Positions 34,998 to 64,000 of a DNA stretch of 64,000 nt are shown here, piece by piece. Each line of letters opens with the position of its first letter. The first letter of the stretch is position 1. Location of the stretch: NCBI RefSeq assembly GCF_009914755.1, contig NC_060939.1, one strand, 5' to 3'. The notes below the pieces were generated by a model. It was given only the letters and a program-made list of their open reading frames with translations, was not told the DNA's origin and made no database searches. Position numbers and translations under genes: made by a program. Source of the stretch: the human T2T-CHM13v2.0 reference genome, Homo sapiens.

Positions 34998-37097
34998 CAC
35001 GGTTTGGGGTTTTCTGGGTGAAACCTCTGTTTCCATAAAAAAAGAAAAGGGTCGAGACAGTGTGTATTACTGATTCAAAATCATAACCTGATGCTTAGAG
35101 TAAATCATTGTATCTATTGTTTCAAAAACCAACGTCAGGATTATTAAAAGTTAATTTTATTGGGTTTTTCTTTAAGCTTGGCTGATTCACTCAGGTCTGT
35201 CACTTCCAAGCCCATGTTTTACTACTTTGTAACCCTATTTGGAAGGAAAGCTGCAGCTCACATTATGATCCATCCTGAGATGAAGAGTTTCACACATATA
35301 CACCACATATACCCCCCACCACAGTATGACGACACAGCAACCCAACCTTGGGCAAATGGTACCACTGCCAGCAAATTTTTTTCTTTATTTTAAATATTTT
35401 TACTGTATTTCTTCTAACAGCAGCAAATGCATTTAACACTTTATTGAGATTCTCAACAGCTGCCATTTGGTTTGTATAGCAAATTGTTTACAAAGTAACT
35501 TTTTTCCATTTTTGATATTTTAATGAAAATTATGTTCTTCAGTTTTAAAGCTCTGTCCCTCTCCCAAAGAAAGGTTAATAACTAACTACCAAGTAATGAT
35601 TATTTGGGAAAAGAAGAAAAGCAAAACCAGCTTGTAAACACTTCTGGAACGTGGGTAAGGGGCCAAAGTCAAGACCTTCTGGGCCCAGTGCAGGTGCTAG
35701 GCTTGCCTCGGGACACCATCAGCACTTCCCCATCCACAACATCCTCAACAGCTGGGAGCCATGTGCAGACCCCAGGGGGCTTCCTGTTCCACAAGCTCCC
35801 CTCTCTTTTTCCTCTCCACCCTTGCTGTTGGGCCTCCCTTCCAAATCTGCCTAACAAAGGCAGCAGGATCTTTAATACTGTTCAGCTTTGTCAATGGAGA
35901 CAGGATACTCTAGAAAGTTGAGAGATTCCCTGGTCCAGTCTGGGGGAGGAAAAAATATGCAGTGTAGCATAGATGGTTTTACTTGTCCACTCAGACACAT
36001 GCTCATACTTATTAGATGGATGTATCAGATGCTTCAAAAGTCCTGATGTGTAGTAGCACAAAAGCTGCTTGTAAAAAGGAAGTTGCAAAATGATAAAAAT
36101 TTCTGCAGCAGTTCAGGCTCCTGATGACAAAGCTGGTTCTGATAAGTAGTTATTTTGACATGCACAGCAGCTTTCACTGTTAAGTCCTGTGTTCCAGCGG
36201 TTTCATTTAGACCATAGGAAGTTGAAAGCAAAGTTTAAATGTTCTCTGCTGACAAAATGTGGTATATATCCATCAATGGACTTCTACTCAGTAATGAAAG
36301 GAACAAACTACCAAAACCTGTTATATGTCATGGACCAACCTCAAAAACCTTAGCTAAGTAAAAAGCCAGACATGTGACCACATATTGTATAATTCTGTTG
36401 ATTTGAAATGTCCAAAAAAGGCAAGTTGATAGAGACAGAAATGGTCTGATTTACCTCAAGAAGTAGGGATTCAAGCTCTTAGGGTACATGTGATACATAC
36501 ATTAGAAGAAATAAGGAAAAGAAAAGAAATTTATATGTAAATAAATGAAAATAATACTTCTCCCTGATTATAAAGAAAATTGCATTCTTTTTGTAATAAT
36601 TTGGAAGACAAAATATGAAGAAAAGTCTTTAATTTTGCCACTGAAAGCATTCTGGTTTGTTGCTTTTTATATTTTTTTATGCATATGAACATTTTAAAAA
36701 GTAGAATCGTAATATATAGTCTTTTGTCACTATGTTTTGGGCATATTTCTATGGCAGTAAATATATCCTTGGCATCATCTTTTTAAAAGCTCGATGTGTA
36801 TTAAGTTAATCATTGCCACCCCAGAAGTAAATTTTCTTATATATATATTTTAATGGACGCAAGCAAGCATTTTGGGGCTGAAGTCATAGAAGTAGAATTT
36901 CTGGAGAAAAATAACATAAAATAGTTTTAAGATTTTTAATAGAAATTTTCAAATTATCCTGCAGAAAAATTGGTTCAGTTTATACTCCCAACAGGGGCAG
37001 AGCTCCAGTATCCCGTTTCCATTTGTCCTCTTTGCTGATATTTAAGGAGAAAATCTCATTGTTTTCATTGTATTTCTTTGGTTTCTAGTGCTTTTGA

Positions 37098-37840
<743 letters not shown>

Positions 37841-38559
37841 GAGGGCTCATTTTGTTTGCTAGTGGTGATATTGGTATCTGTTTATATTTGAGGCTTTGGT
37901 GCTAGTGCTGATGTATTACACTCACCATCCGAGGTTTGCAGGACTTTTGTTTTAATATTGAATAGATGGAACTGTTTACTTCTGCATCTTTGCAGGCATA
38001 CAAAATGTGCCTACCAGGACTCTGCTTTATATCTATCGAAAGCAAGAAGTAATACAGTAAAACTTTGCCTGGCTAGAGGCTTTGGAAGAATGGAGTATTC
38101 TGATTTAATGCTATTGAAGTGTGAAGGTGAAAAGAATGAAAAACTTACATTTCCTGTTGAATGCAACTTGAAAATACAGCCAGTGATTCCACTTTTCTTC
38201 TCTAGTAAGTTTGGACATTCTGATCTACTTGGTGTTTTATTATAGAACTGCTAGTGTGCCCGAGACTTACATTGTGAAGACACTTTTTAAAAAACTTGAG
38301 AGGTAAGAGGGTGTAAATGGTATTGTGTGAGATCAGGCTGGATGAGAACTGACACTTGTAAACATACTTTTTAGGCTGAATCTCTGATTGCCGTTTGTTT
38401 TCTTATTTAACTCATAAAAATAAAACACATTGGATGGAGGGTGGGAGCAGGAAGGAGATTTATGTCTTTTAATTGCATGCCATTGTTTCATATCAAGACA
38501 GAACATATGGTATCCCTGGCTTTGGACCTACAGAAGGAAACACATTTTTCTGCCTGCTG

Positions 38560-38735
38560 TATGCCAGAGGTTCTTGAACACCTGGAGGGATGACTGCAGC
38601 ACAGATTGCTGAGCCCTACTCCAGAGTTTCTGATTCACCATGTCCAGGGTGGGGCCTGAGAATTTGCACTTACAAAAGGTTCTCAGGTTCTGCTGCTGCT
38701 GCTAGTCCAGAGACTACATTTTTGAGAACCACTCT
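38560..38735. mobile_element. MER5A-like
   Basis: cagattgctgagccctactccagagtttctgattca...ggggcctgagaatttgcact...ttttgagaaccact. Confidence 0.7.
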
Positions 38736-39059
38736 TGTCTACTAACTGTAAATTGTAGAACTCTAGAACAAAGCTTAGTTTGGTGTAGGAAAAGAAGCTC
38801 ACAGGTTATGGAGCAAATCATGAAAGATTCAACCCTTGATCCCAGCCTAGTGTGGAATTCAGGTAACAATCAATACACAGTGACATAACACAATTCTTGG
38901 TTTTCATGATTGCAAGTCATAGCCAAGTATCAAGTGAGAAATTCAGTTTCATTTGCAAGGCTTAGAGAGGCCAGGTGATTCTAGAAAAATAGGCCTTGTA
39001 TTTGCTTTAAACCAGTAAAGAGCTTTGAGTGCTTATTAAATGGAAAGCTTTGTGTTTTT

Positions 39060-39376
<317 letters not shown>

Positions 39377-39779
39377 AAGCTTTGTGTTTTTAAAGATATT
39401 AGACATGTTTCTTGTTTTTTAAAAAATCTTAATAATGTAGGAGAATAAGAGAAATGTTTTTTCCAAAGCCGAGAAATCATTGTGATTATTTTACCTTATT
39501 GGGATGTTGGATAATATAGTCCACTTCATTCATTAATCATCAAACATGCTATGGATTTTCCATTTTTATAGGATTTGTGTCTTAACTGGGGTAATACTGG
39601 TAATTCTTATACTCCCTCTGAAGATGAAAAATGTAGGCCAAAATCATAGACCATGCATAGAAGCTGGATAATGAAGACAGCTCTGGAGGAACATGTAGAC
39701 ACACACACACTGACACACATATATATAAAGTATAAATACATATTTTTTTAAAGTTTATTTTTAACATTTTAAAGCAAAA

Positions 39780-40054
39780 ACCAGCCCTCCCCTCTCCCGG
39801 AGTAGGCAGGCCCCGCCCCTCTCCCCAAGTGGGCAGGGACAGCAGTCGCATGGGCAGCTTTCCTTGTGATGTCACAGGTTCCTCTGGGCACACTGCTGCC
39901 TGGCCACGCCTCCTTTCCCTTTCATCTTTCTCATTGACCAATGGGATTGGAGCATTAAGGCCACACCCCTATTCTGCATTCTAGTGTGGCCCTGGTTACG
40001 CCTCCTCTGGCTCAGTCACACAGCAGCCTTGTAGGTGACTGGAGGTGTTCGCTG
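39780..40054 (+). promoter_or_regulatory. GOLGA2-derived proximal promoter/5' UTR of GOLGA6
   Basis: GC box ggccccgcccc (~39809) and CCAAT/ATTGG pair (~39939-39950) upstream of the ATG at 40055. Confidence 0.55.
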
Positions 40055-51665
<11,611 letters not shown>

Positions 51666-51761
51666 GAGCACCCAGGCTTGCCCAGCAAACCCTGCGTGCC
51701 ATTCTTCTACCAGGCAGCCGAGAACAGGGAGATAAACATCATCATCTTCTAAGAGCTGGTC

Positions 51762-54700
51762 AAGAAATTTAAAACAACAACAACAACAAAAAGTTACGGG
51801 GTTCATCTCCTACACAATTCATTTACTCCATTTGAATGCTAGAGCCACTCACATTTATTTGTGTTTCTAATTTACCGTTTAAATTTATTTGTAAAAAGTT
51901 AAGGGAGAGTTGGTCTTTCCCTGATGTTCTTTCTGGCATCCTTTAGCATTTTTATTTTTAATTTGATAATTGTAGGTCATTAGTATGCATATCGAGTTTG
52001 CCCTTAGGTGGTGGGAATTCAAACACACAAAGACCCACTAATTTGCACAAAACTATTCTGGCTGGTTTGGAACAGGCTGCCATGCTTTTTTAATGTTATT
52101 GCAGCATGTATATTCATTACAGAATTCAGATAAAATGTGCTTATGTTCTGCTATGACGTTTGATCGAATCCTAACCACAGTGAGCTCTTCATTAGCTCAA
52201 TATGTGGTTTGCCCTCAATTGAGCACTGTTTATTACTTTGTAATATGCCACTGTGAGTACTGACATTTAGAGTTGTTTAAAGGCCAAGAACTGGAAACAG
52301 CCTTTTCCCTATTTTCTGTGTATTGGGGATGGGAGTAATAACATTTTGGGGAGCTTTTTAAATCTCACAGAAGAGGAAAGTGGCCTGCTCTGGCAGGTGT
52401 GTGCAGGATAGAGTGTGTTTCATTTGTTCTGGTGCCAAGAATGAGTGCTGTACTATGGTAGTTCCCTTAGGATTTGTATGTGCTCTGGGCTCATGAAGAT
52501 ATTGCATCATGAGCTGCAGCAGTTGTACCCTTTCTTGATGACCTAAAAAGGGATTATTTCTGAGGAATGAAAGGCTCCCATCATTGACTGTGGATGTGGA
52601 AAACCTTTTCTAGCTTAGAGCATTTATATCTACAATACATTTTAAAGTCAGAGTTCATGTTACCTGTTTTAATCACATGAGTATATGTCCCAGTACACAA
52701 AAGGGCACTGGTTGGCATTCTTCTTAAGGTATTTAGTGAAGATCATAAGAAATCCTTTAAGAGTTTAAATGTCCCTGGAAGAGGCATACAGGCTCTAGTC
52801 AAGAATGAATTCGAGTGAAGGAAAGCTGTGTGACACCTGGCCTTCCTCTATGTTCATGGAGCTTCTTTGAGGCTAGAAGATTGATTTTATCATCTAGACC
52901 TCTCTGGCTAATACCTATTCTTCAGCCACATTAGTTACTCTGACGTAGGAATTTACTTCTTTTCTTTGAATGGAAAACACTTTAAAAATAATAACAACCA
53001 TTATTATAAACCAATATATGTGAGAGTACTTAGTTGAAACAAAAAGGAGTTTTAGTAGACAGTATTATACTACACATGAAAATCAAGGCGAAGTTTATGC
53101 AACTTAAAATGTTTACAAGCTGCAGTGCAATCTAATGTTTGTGAATGTCCAAGTATTATGAGAAAAAGTGTCTATACAATGACAGACTTATGTTTCCTCA
53201 CAAAGTTCTTCACAAAGAGTGAAATATGTTTTTATACCTCTCAGTTTCAGTTAGAGGCATATTTTGTGCCATATTTATGTTAATGTGCCTATACGTGATG
53301 AGTGAATTATTTCAGTCATACATTGCCTAAATCATAACTTTAAGATGCTTGGGAAAGAATCAACAGCTAAAAGTTCATGAAGTTCTAATGTCTGTGTTCC
53401 AAAATACGTCACAGTATTAGGATGCAGGGAGAGATGTGTGTGCGCTCCCTGGGGTGGGCATTTCTAGTTACTAGACCATCTCCATTTTTAGCATTTGGCA
53501 TCCTCATGATACTTTTATACATATGACGTTAATAGGAGAGCAATAATACGATTTTACAGATGGAATAACAGATGTGCCTGCATTCAGTGAAAGAGTGCAA
53601 ATATTAAGTCCTTGTGACTTCAACTGACTCTTCCAAATTGTATGAATTTATCAATGTATTAGATAAACTCAGTTCCAGAATTATAAAGAAAAACTGTTAG
53701 ACCAACGAATGTGGCTAATTAACAGTAGGACGATTTCTAGCCCGAGGGTTTAAAATGGACTTCAAGTCCTGTTCTTGCCTTTTATTTTCTGAACTTGCCA
53801 CTTTTGCATTCTTTGAGTTCAGTTTAAAGACAGTTTGAGTCCAATTTAGACCCTCGGGCTAGAAATCATACCACTGTTAATTAGCCACCTTATTTGGTCT
53901 AACAGTTTTTCTTTATAATTCTGAAACTGGGTTTACCTAATACATTGATAAATTATTTCAAAGGTATTTTTATAGTTCAAATCACTTCACTTTTACCCTG
54001 ATAAATATAAATGACTAGGAATGATCTTCAGCTAGCCTTTAGCACCTGCAACCAATCTGACAATAATGTGTTCATCAGGTACCTGTGGATTAAATCACAC
54101 ACCGGCATATTTAAGCTGAATGTCAGTCTGGAAAATGAATGTACTATATTAACTGAAATACCACTCTTTGTGTAGGTATTCTGTCATATATTTAAGAAAA
54201 ATTAAATAGCATGTAAATCATATAACAATAACTTAAGTCTTTCTTCAAAGTGCATGTGGTCCTTTGCAATACCTCATTCAGCCAAGTATTTGTTCTCTTC
54301 CTCATTCAGTTTAAGGCAGCTTTCAATTTGCTTAGAAGGCAACATTAGAAGGGTAGAGTTTAATCAGAAACATAGAATTTTAAAGTGTGGGTTCAACTGA
54401 ATAAATTTGAATTTCTGTAGGAAGTAAAGAATTAAAAATCTATTTAAAGATTGCAATATATAATCATTTTTAAAGTATTTGTTTAACCTGATGGGTTTTC
54501 CAGAAATGAAAACAAGTCAGTTCTAAAACCAAAGCTGATATTTAGAAAATGTGAAAATGTAAATCAGCCCTATCCATAATATAGTTTCTCTAAAACTTTA
54601 TCTTAAAGAGTCATTTTAAAAGAATATAACTATTCATAAGTGTAACTGCTATCTTAATGTTTTGAAATAAGTTAAAACACTTTAAAATATGAATACTGTA

Positions 54701-55271
54701 GTTTGAAAGAAAGAAACTGGGGGAAGGAAAAGTAGAGAAAGAAATGCCAATTCCAATGCAAGGCTTTATTTGCCAAGTTTTCTTAGAATGACTTTTACCA
54801 GTTTATGAATTCTTGTAAACAGAATGTATAATAGAAATACTGAAACACTGTTGCCTAAAGTGGCATTGTTGACTGCTACTGTGATGCTACTGTAATGTAA
54901 TAAATTATTAAATGGTTGCAAAGTGCTGTTTTTGCCTTAAAATTTTGTGTGTCTTGAAAACTATAGTATTACAGGTATTGAGACTGTGCAAATGCTGGGC
55001 ACGCTTGGCATGAGATAATCAGTTTTTATTTTTACAAAATTGTAATTAACTATGCAAGTGTGTTTATTAAAAGAATACAAACTAAAAAGAAGTTATGGGA
55101 TTTAGAAAATGTTGTAGGATGAAAAAGTTATGGGATAAAAAATGTGGAAAAGTCGTGGCAAAAAAAGTTGTGAAAAAAGTATTTAAAGTTTTATGAAAAG
55201 TTTAAAAAAAGTATTATGAAAAAGAAGTTACGGGATTAAAAAATAAGTCATGGGATATAAATAAAAATAAA
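51762..55271 (+). other. AT-rich inserted 3' UTR block of the chr15 GOLGA core duplicon (reported as ITSN2 3'UTR-like), ending in an A-rich degenerate repeat
   Basis: Abrupt composition change after the ancestral stop. AATAAA ~54899 and ATTAAA ~55066; A-rich aaaaagttatggga repeats at 55070-55271. The ITSN2 origin is recalled, not verified. Confidence 0.6.
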
Positions 55272-56700
55272 TAAAAGCAGGCCTCTGTCAGCATAAGCCT
55301 GGAGAAGTGGGGCTGGAGTCTCTGCCGCCATCGTGTCCCTACCATCCCTTCCTACCCCTTTATCATTAGGGTAGCAAGACAAGACCCCTGTCTAATGGGG
55401 GGAGACAAACAGACCCTTTGCCACCTTGACCAGGGCTGAGTCCTTAAATTTCTGGATGATGATGATTGTTATTTAAGAGCCAGAGGCTGGTGGAGTCGGT
55501 TTGTTTGGAGGCGGCCTGATGGCCTCCCTACCCTCACCAAAGCAACTTTTCCCTCAGGGGGCTCCCATCTTCTTATTCAGAGAGGCAGCTGAGGCAGGGA
55601 CAATGGGGCTAACTGTAGAGCAGGTGAGGGCACGGGCTGCTGGGAAGGCCCCAGTGTACATATAGTATCTGTGTAACATTTTGTATATTCCAGGGGGTAG
55701 GGCCACCCCCTGTATCGTACCTAGCAGAGGTTGGAGCTGGCATATGAGGAGGAGGTTCTAATCATTATTTGTGGCTGGGAAACTTATTTATTGATAGCAT
55801 GGGGCAGAGGAAGGAGGCGGGGATGGGGTTGTGGCTCCCTGGTGATGCGACTCCTGTTTATTTTGCCTTTCATTTTGGAATAAATGGATTTAGCCATACT
55901 GCTCAGCCTGGTGTGTTCCTTTTTCCCTCACTGGGTCCTGGAGTTTGTGCCACTGAATGAGGAGCCCCAGAGTTGTCTGAGCATGTCCAGCTGGGCTGTT
56001 GGTGACCTTCCAGGCCTGTTACCTTTATGCTGCCTAGTGACACCTGGTGGATTTCATTGGGACTGCCATGGCGCCTATGGGGCACAGTCCAGCCCTGACA
56101 GCCAACAGGCTCAGAAGCCTGATCTAGCGGTGGCCGGGAAGACAGATACTAGCACCCAAGGGCACTGACTTCCATTCACCCCAGGAGTCTTCCATTCCGT
56201 CCCCCTCCCTCCTTCTCCTGTCTGCACTGGGTGGCCTGTTCTGTCTGTCCCTCCAGTGCACCTGGTGACCTGTTCTGTCTGTCCCTCCAGAGTGCCAGCT
56301 GCCCCGCAGGCTCCTCGAGGCTGAGTTCATGGCCCTGCCCCTAGTGGCCAGAGCCGGCTTCACAGGATAACAGCCAGCTAAGCTCCAGGGGCTTTCCAGG
56401 AAAAGTGTCCCTTGAAAAGGGTGTGGCTTTTTCACTGCTCCCAACAGCACCCTAGAAATGGCTTGGCCTTTTCCCTCCCCTGAGTTCCAAAAAGAACACA
56501 GCCAGCAGAGGACACATTCCCTGACATACGAGGGACTGGAAGACTGGTAGAGATGTCAGGTCACAGGCTGCCAGCACAGCACCCCCATGATTGGCCACGG
56601 GAGTGCTGGAGGAATGGTGGGGGTTGGCTGTCCACTGGCTGGGCATGACAGGGAGACTCACTGGAGGTGGTGCACTTTGGAGGGGCGATGTCAGGGATGT
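55272..56700 (+). other. Displaced GOLGA2-like 3' UTR and flank (end of duplicon)
   Basis: taaaagcaggcctctgtcagcataagcctggagaagtggggctgga... resembles the recalled start of the GOLGA2 3' UTR. GC-rich sequence ends abruptly at ~56700. Confidence 0.6.
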
Positions 56701-57500
56701 ATTTGGGTCTCAGTAAAGAGATCTGTTCTTTTTAAATTTCTGCATCTAGTTGCCTATACGCGATGATGACACATAGCAACTTATTTTTTACTTTCTAAAG
56801 ACAGGATATCATGCAAAGAGATCAAGCTGCCCTTCTATAAATATAACTCAATTGCCTTCCAGCCATAGGCTGCATGCTTCAAGTTGTTTTCAGAAATAAG
56901 AAATGGGTTGAGCTGAACCACTTATAGCCTTACATGGAGAGTTCCCACTGTGACCTGTAGCACATGTGAATTGACTTGCTTAATGTATGAAACCAATGGA
57001 AATGAGATGAAAAGTCCTATTCTCATGCAAGCCCGTTGGGTTATGCAGAGACACAGTAGCAGAGACACAGCCCTAACTACAGCCTGCCCTCCGGAAAACA
57101 TGTGTCTGTTCATATGGAAATGACACAAGTCTAGTGCTTGTCTGAAAGTCATGCAGCAAAACAAAAAAAGTCTCTGCAAAACCGGGGAGAGTTTTTTACA
57201 ATGACTTTAACTTTGAGGGTGCTCTTTAGCAGAGGCTTTTGATAAAGGAAGAATTCTATCAACCAGGATCACTGAGGAGGAATGAATTTATAACTACTCT
57301 TTTTAAGGCTAGAAGAGACCTTAATTAAATTCCTTCTATTTACAAAGGAGGGAACTGAAGTCCAGAAATGACAAAAGGTTTGGCAGCTTTAGAAATAAGG
57401 CAACATTGAGTTTCAGTATTCTAAACTTTTGGAAAGTGGTAAAAATGAAGGATATTGAACAAAAAATACTAGTTGTTTTTTTTCTATCTTGTTCAGTTAG

Positions 57501-58129
<629 letters not shown>

Positions 58130-59411
58130 TAATTTTTATGATAATAAAAATATTCTCATAAAATTTGGGAAATTCCAAAACCTATGGAGAAGAAAATTTA
58201 AATTATTCATCATCCCACAATTTATTCATTTGCTTATTTGAGCAACAAATAAAAGTGCACACCTTATTAAGAGCAGGGCATGTTCCAAGACTGACTATCC
58301 AGAAATGATTGATAGCCTCTAACTGATTCCCTTCCAACCCATTTCTCAGTGCACTACTACTAATAATTTTAAAATCAGATTATTTAGTTTTGAAATCTCC
58401 TTTTCACCTAATATATCATAAGCCTTTTCCCAGGTTATCAAATAATATTCCAAGCTATGATTTTAACAGCTGCATAACGTCACATCATATAAATTTACAC
58501 TGATTTATTAAACCATTGTACTTGGGACATAATAAGATGATCAATTTTTCAATATTATAAATAATGTTGCATGTAACATTCTTTGGCCACATACCTGATT
58601 ATCTTTGAAAACTTCCCTAGAATTCAGATTGTTAGATCAAAGCCTTAAATATTTTTAAGGTCTTAAATACACAATACTCAACTGCTTTCTTGAAAGACTG
58701 TAATAGTTTTACTTCTACCAGCTACAAGAGTGTCTTTCAGTCATGCAACAAAGCCCACACCTCAAAACAATGAGTATTAGCTTTAAAAAAGTCATTGTCA
58801 ACTGAGTTCAAATGGTTTTTCCTTTAATTTGCAGTTCTTACTTGGCAATGGTTAAGTCAAACTTTCCAAAAAAAACTTTGTTCTCTTTTTTCATAAATTA
58901 TATATGCATGCTTTTTGTCATTTTCTATGGAACTGTTAACATTTCTTCTTAGCATTCTAGTCTTAATATTTCTCAGTGAGGGATTTTTCTGACTGCATTC
59001 TGAGATCTAGGCTCCTGGCTGGGGCAGCAAGAGGTGGGATGGAGAAAGGGCGGGGAGTCAGAGTCAGGCTTGTTCTCTTAGTCCTTCCACAATCACCAAG
59101 GTGTGACCTGGGCCAACTCTTGGTATCTCTGGGCTTCAGTTTCCTCCTCTGTAAATAGAAGGGTCTTAATTAAGGTCCCTTCCAGTCGTATAAAAGGGAG
59201 TTAGAGATCCGTAGTTTCAAAGCTTCTTTCACTATCATGATTTGTGATCAGCTTTGAAGGAGGTAGTGCTAGTGGGTAAACATCAAACCATAAGCTTGTT
59301 TGCCAGTTCTAACCTACCACTACCACCTACCACTGAGAAAATCATTTCAAGGCTCTTAGTTTCCTGATCTGTAAATGGAAACCTCGTTTTACAGATTTGT
59401 TGTAAAAATTA

Positions 59412-61096
<1,685 letters not shown>

Positions 61097-61388
61097 CTAA
61101 AAGATTACATACAGTATGTGTGTAATTTTTTACTTTTTTCTTATTTTTAGAGTTTATTAAGCAGGGGAGTGGAGGGAAGATGTGGCACAAATAGAAATAT
61201 GTAACATTCAAACAACAGAATCTGGGATTTTTGAAAAAATCTTTCAGTTATGGTTACAGGAAGGGTCACTTCCTCCCCCAACGACACAGGGACCTCTCAA
61301 AGGAGAGGAGAGAGTAAGTCCCATGGTAGGGCCAGTGGTTGCTCCTGGGTTTTGGAATGATTTCTGCAGAGTTTTCAAGACCCTGGGC

Positions 61389-61709
61389 TCAGGGTGGAGA
61401 CTTCATAGCGGTGGCAGCTAGACCCAGCAAGATGGCTGCAATGGTGAAGCCCTGGGCGGCGATCTGGGTGTGCATCATAAGCCGTGAACATTGGCTGTTG
61501 CCCTGGTGGAAGCAGTAGAGGCCGTTGGTGAGGACGGCCGCCGTGCACAGGAAACCTATGGGTACCACCGGATTCTCGCGGGTCTTGCGAAGGAACTTTT
61601 CCTTGAAACCCTCTGGATTGCTGTAAACAGTGGGGCTAAGCCCCTCAAAGATGGGGGGCTTCGATGATTCAAAGGGGGCCTCCGGAGTCACAAAGCCGAG
61701 AGTCGCCAT
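61389..61709 (-). CDS. HIGD2B: HIG1 domain family member 2B (intronless retrocopy of HIGD2A), 106 aa
   Basis: Intact ORF MATLGFVTPEAPFESSKPP...KTRENPVVPIG...IAAQGFTIAAILLGLAATAMKSPP with no introns. Minus-strand AATAAA at 61153-61158 and decayed poly-A at 61126-61148. Confidence 0.92.
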   Translation of the reverse strand: MATLGFVTPEAPFESSKPPIFEGLSPTVYSNPEGFKEKFLRKTRENPVVPIGFLCTAAVLTNGLYCFHQGNSQCSRLMMHTQIAAQGFTIAAILLGLAATAMKSPP

Positions 61710-61715
61710 GCCTAG

Positions 61716-62050
<335 letters not shown>

Positions 62051-62054
62051 ACAT

Positions 62055-62480
62055 GTTTTATATAATGTTATTTGATATAACAACTTGGAAAGGACAAAAT
62101 TATAGAAATGGAGAATAGATTAGTGGCTGCAGGGGTTAGGAATGGGGAGGTGGTGGGAAGGAGGTATATGTTTATTAAAGGGTAATGACAGGGAGGCTTA
62201 TGGTGATGGAACTCTTCGTATGTTGACTATGGTGACAGATAGGAAAACCTACACGCGTGACAAAACTGCACAGAACTAAATACACACAAATGAAGTAAAA
62301 GTGGGGAAGTCTAAATCAGATTGGTGGACTGTATCAATGTTAACATTCTGGCTGTGATATTACACAATAGTTTTGGAAGATGTTACCATGGGATAACTGT
62401 AGAAAGGGTATATGTGATCTGTCTATTATTTCTTATGACTGCAGGTGAATCTACAATTATCTCATAAGAAAAAGTAAGAA
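62055..62480 (+). mobile_element. Old L1M 3' end fragment
   Basis: gagaatagattagtggctgcaggggttagg...ggtgatggaact...gtatcaatgttaacattctggctgtgatatt. Confidence 0.7.
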
Positions 62481-62481
62481 G

Positions 62482-63940
<1,459 letters not shown>

Positions 63941-64000
63941 GTTTCTATAATTTTCAACAGACGGAGCTCACTAGTTGGAGAAAAAGAGATTCCTGGGGGC

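Noticed and set aside
55070-55271. CRISPR-like or regular spaced array
   Set aside because: Degenerate A-rich tail repeat in a eukaryotic genome with no constant repeat/spacer structure.
56231-56290. 34-bp local duplication (cctgttctgtctgtccctccag twice)
   Set aside because: Real but a simple slippage duplication with no evident consequence.
55800-56700. DNM1 pseudogene exons often found beside GOLGA6 copies
   Set aside because: I could not translate any dynamin-like peptide here, so none is called.

Overview
Primate, most likely human, DNA from the 15q24 segmental-duplication region. The placement is inferred from an intact 18-exon GOLGA6 gene (693 codons) lying tail-to-tail with the HIGD2B retrogene, which is the GOLGA6B locus. 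The window is dense in Alu, L1, LTR and DNA-transposon copies. It also holds a partial COMMD4 duplicate (exons 1-6) with its CpG-island promoter, a 7SL retrocopy, several dead GOLGA2-derived exons inside GOLGA6 introns, and a ~3.5 kb insertion that splits the ancestral GOLGA2 3' UTR. The least expected signal is a cluster of multi-exon fossil genes that the ORF track does not show. (1) A decayed zona pellucida ZP3-type gene (~14064-16107, +) retains ZP-N, ZP-C, Cys-cluster and furin-site remnants and looks closer to avian ZP3 than to human ZP3. (2) Two divergently oriented SEA-domain plus transmembrane relics (26381-27067 on -, 31101-34213 on +) share the same exon-phase architecture and resemble rodent Trcg1. 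All homology calls come from my recall of protein sequences and manual translation, not from database searches. Repeat boundaries are approximate.
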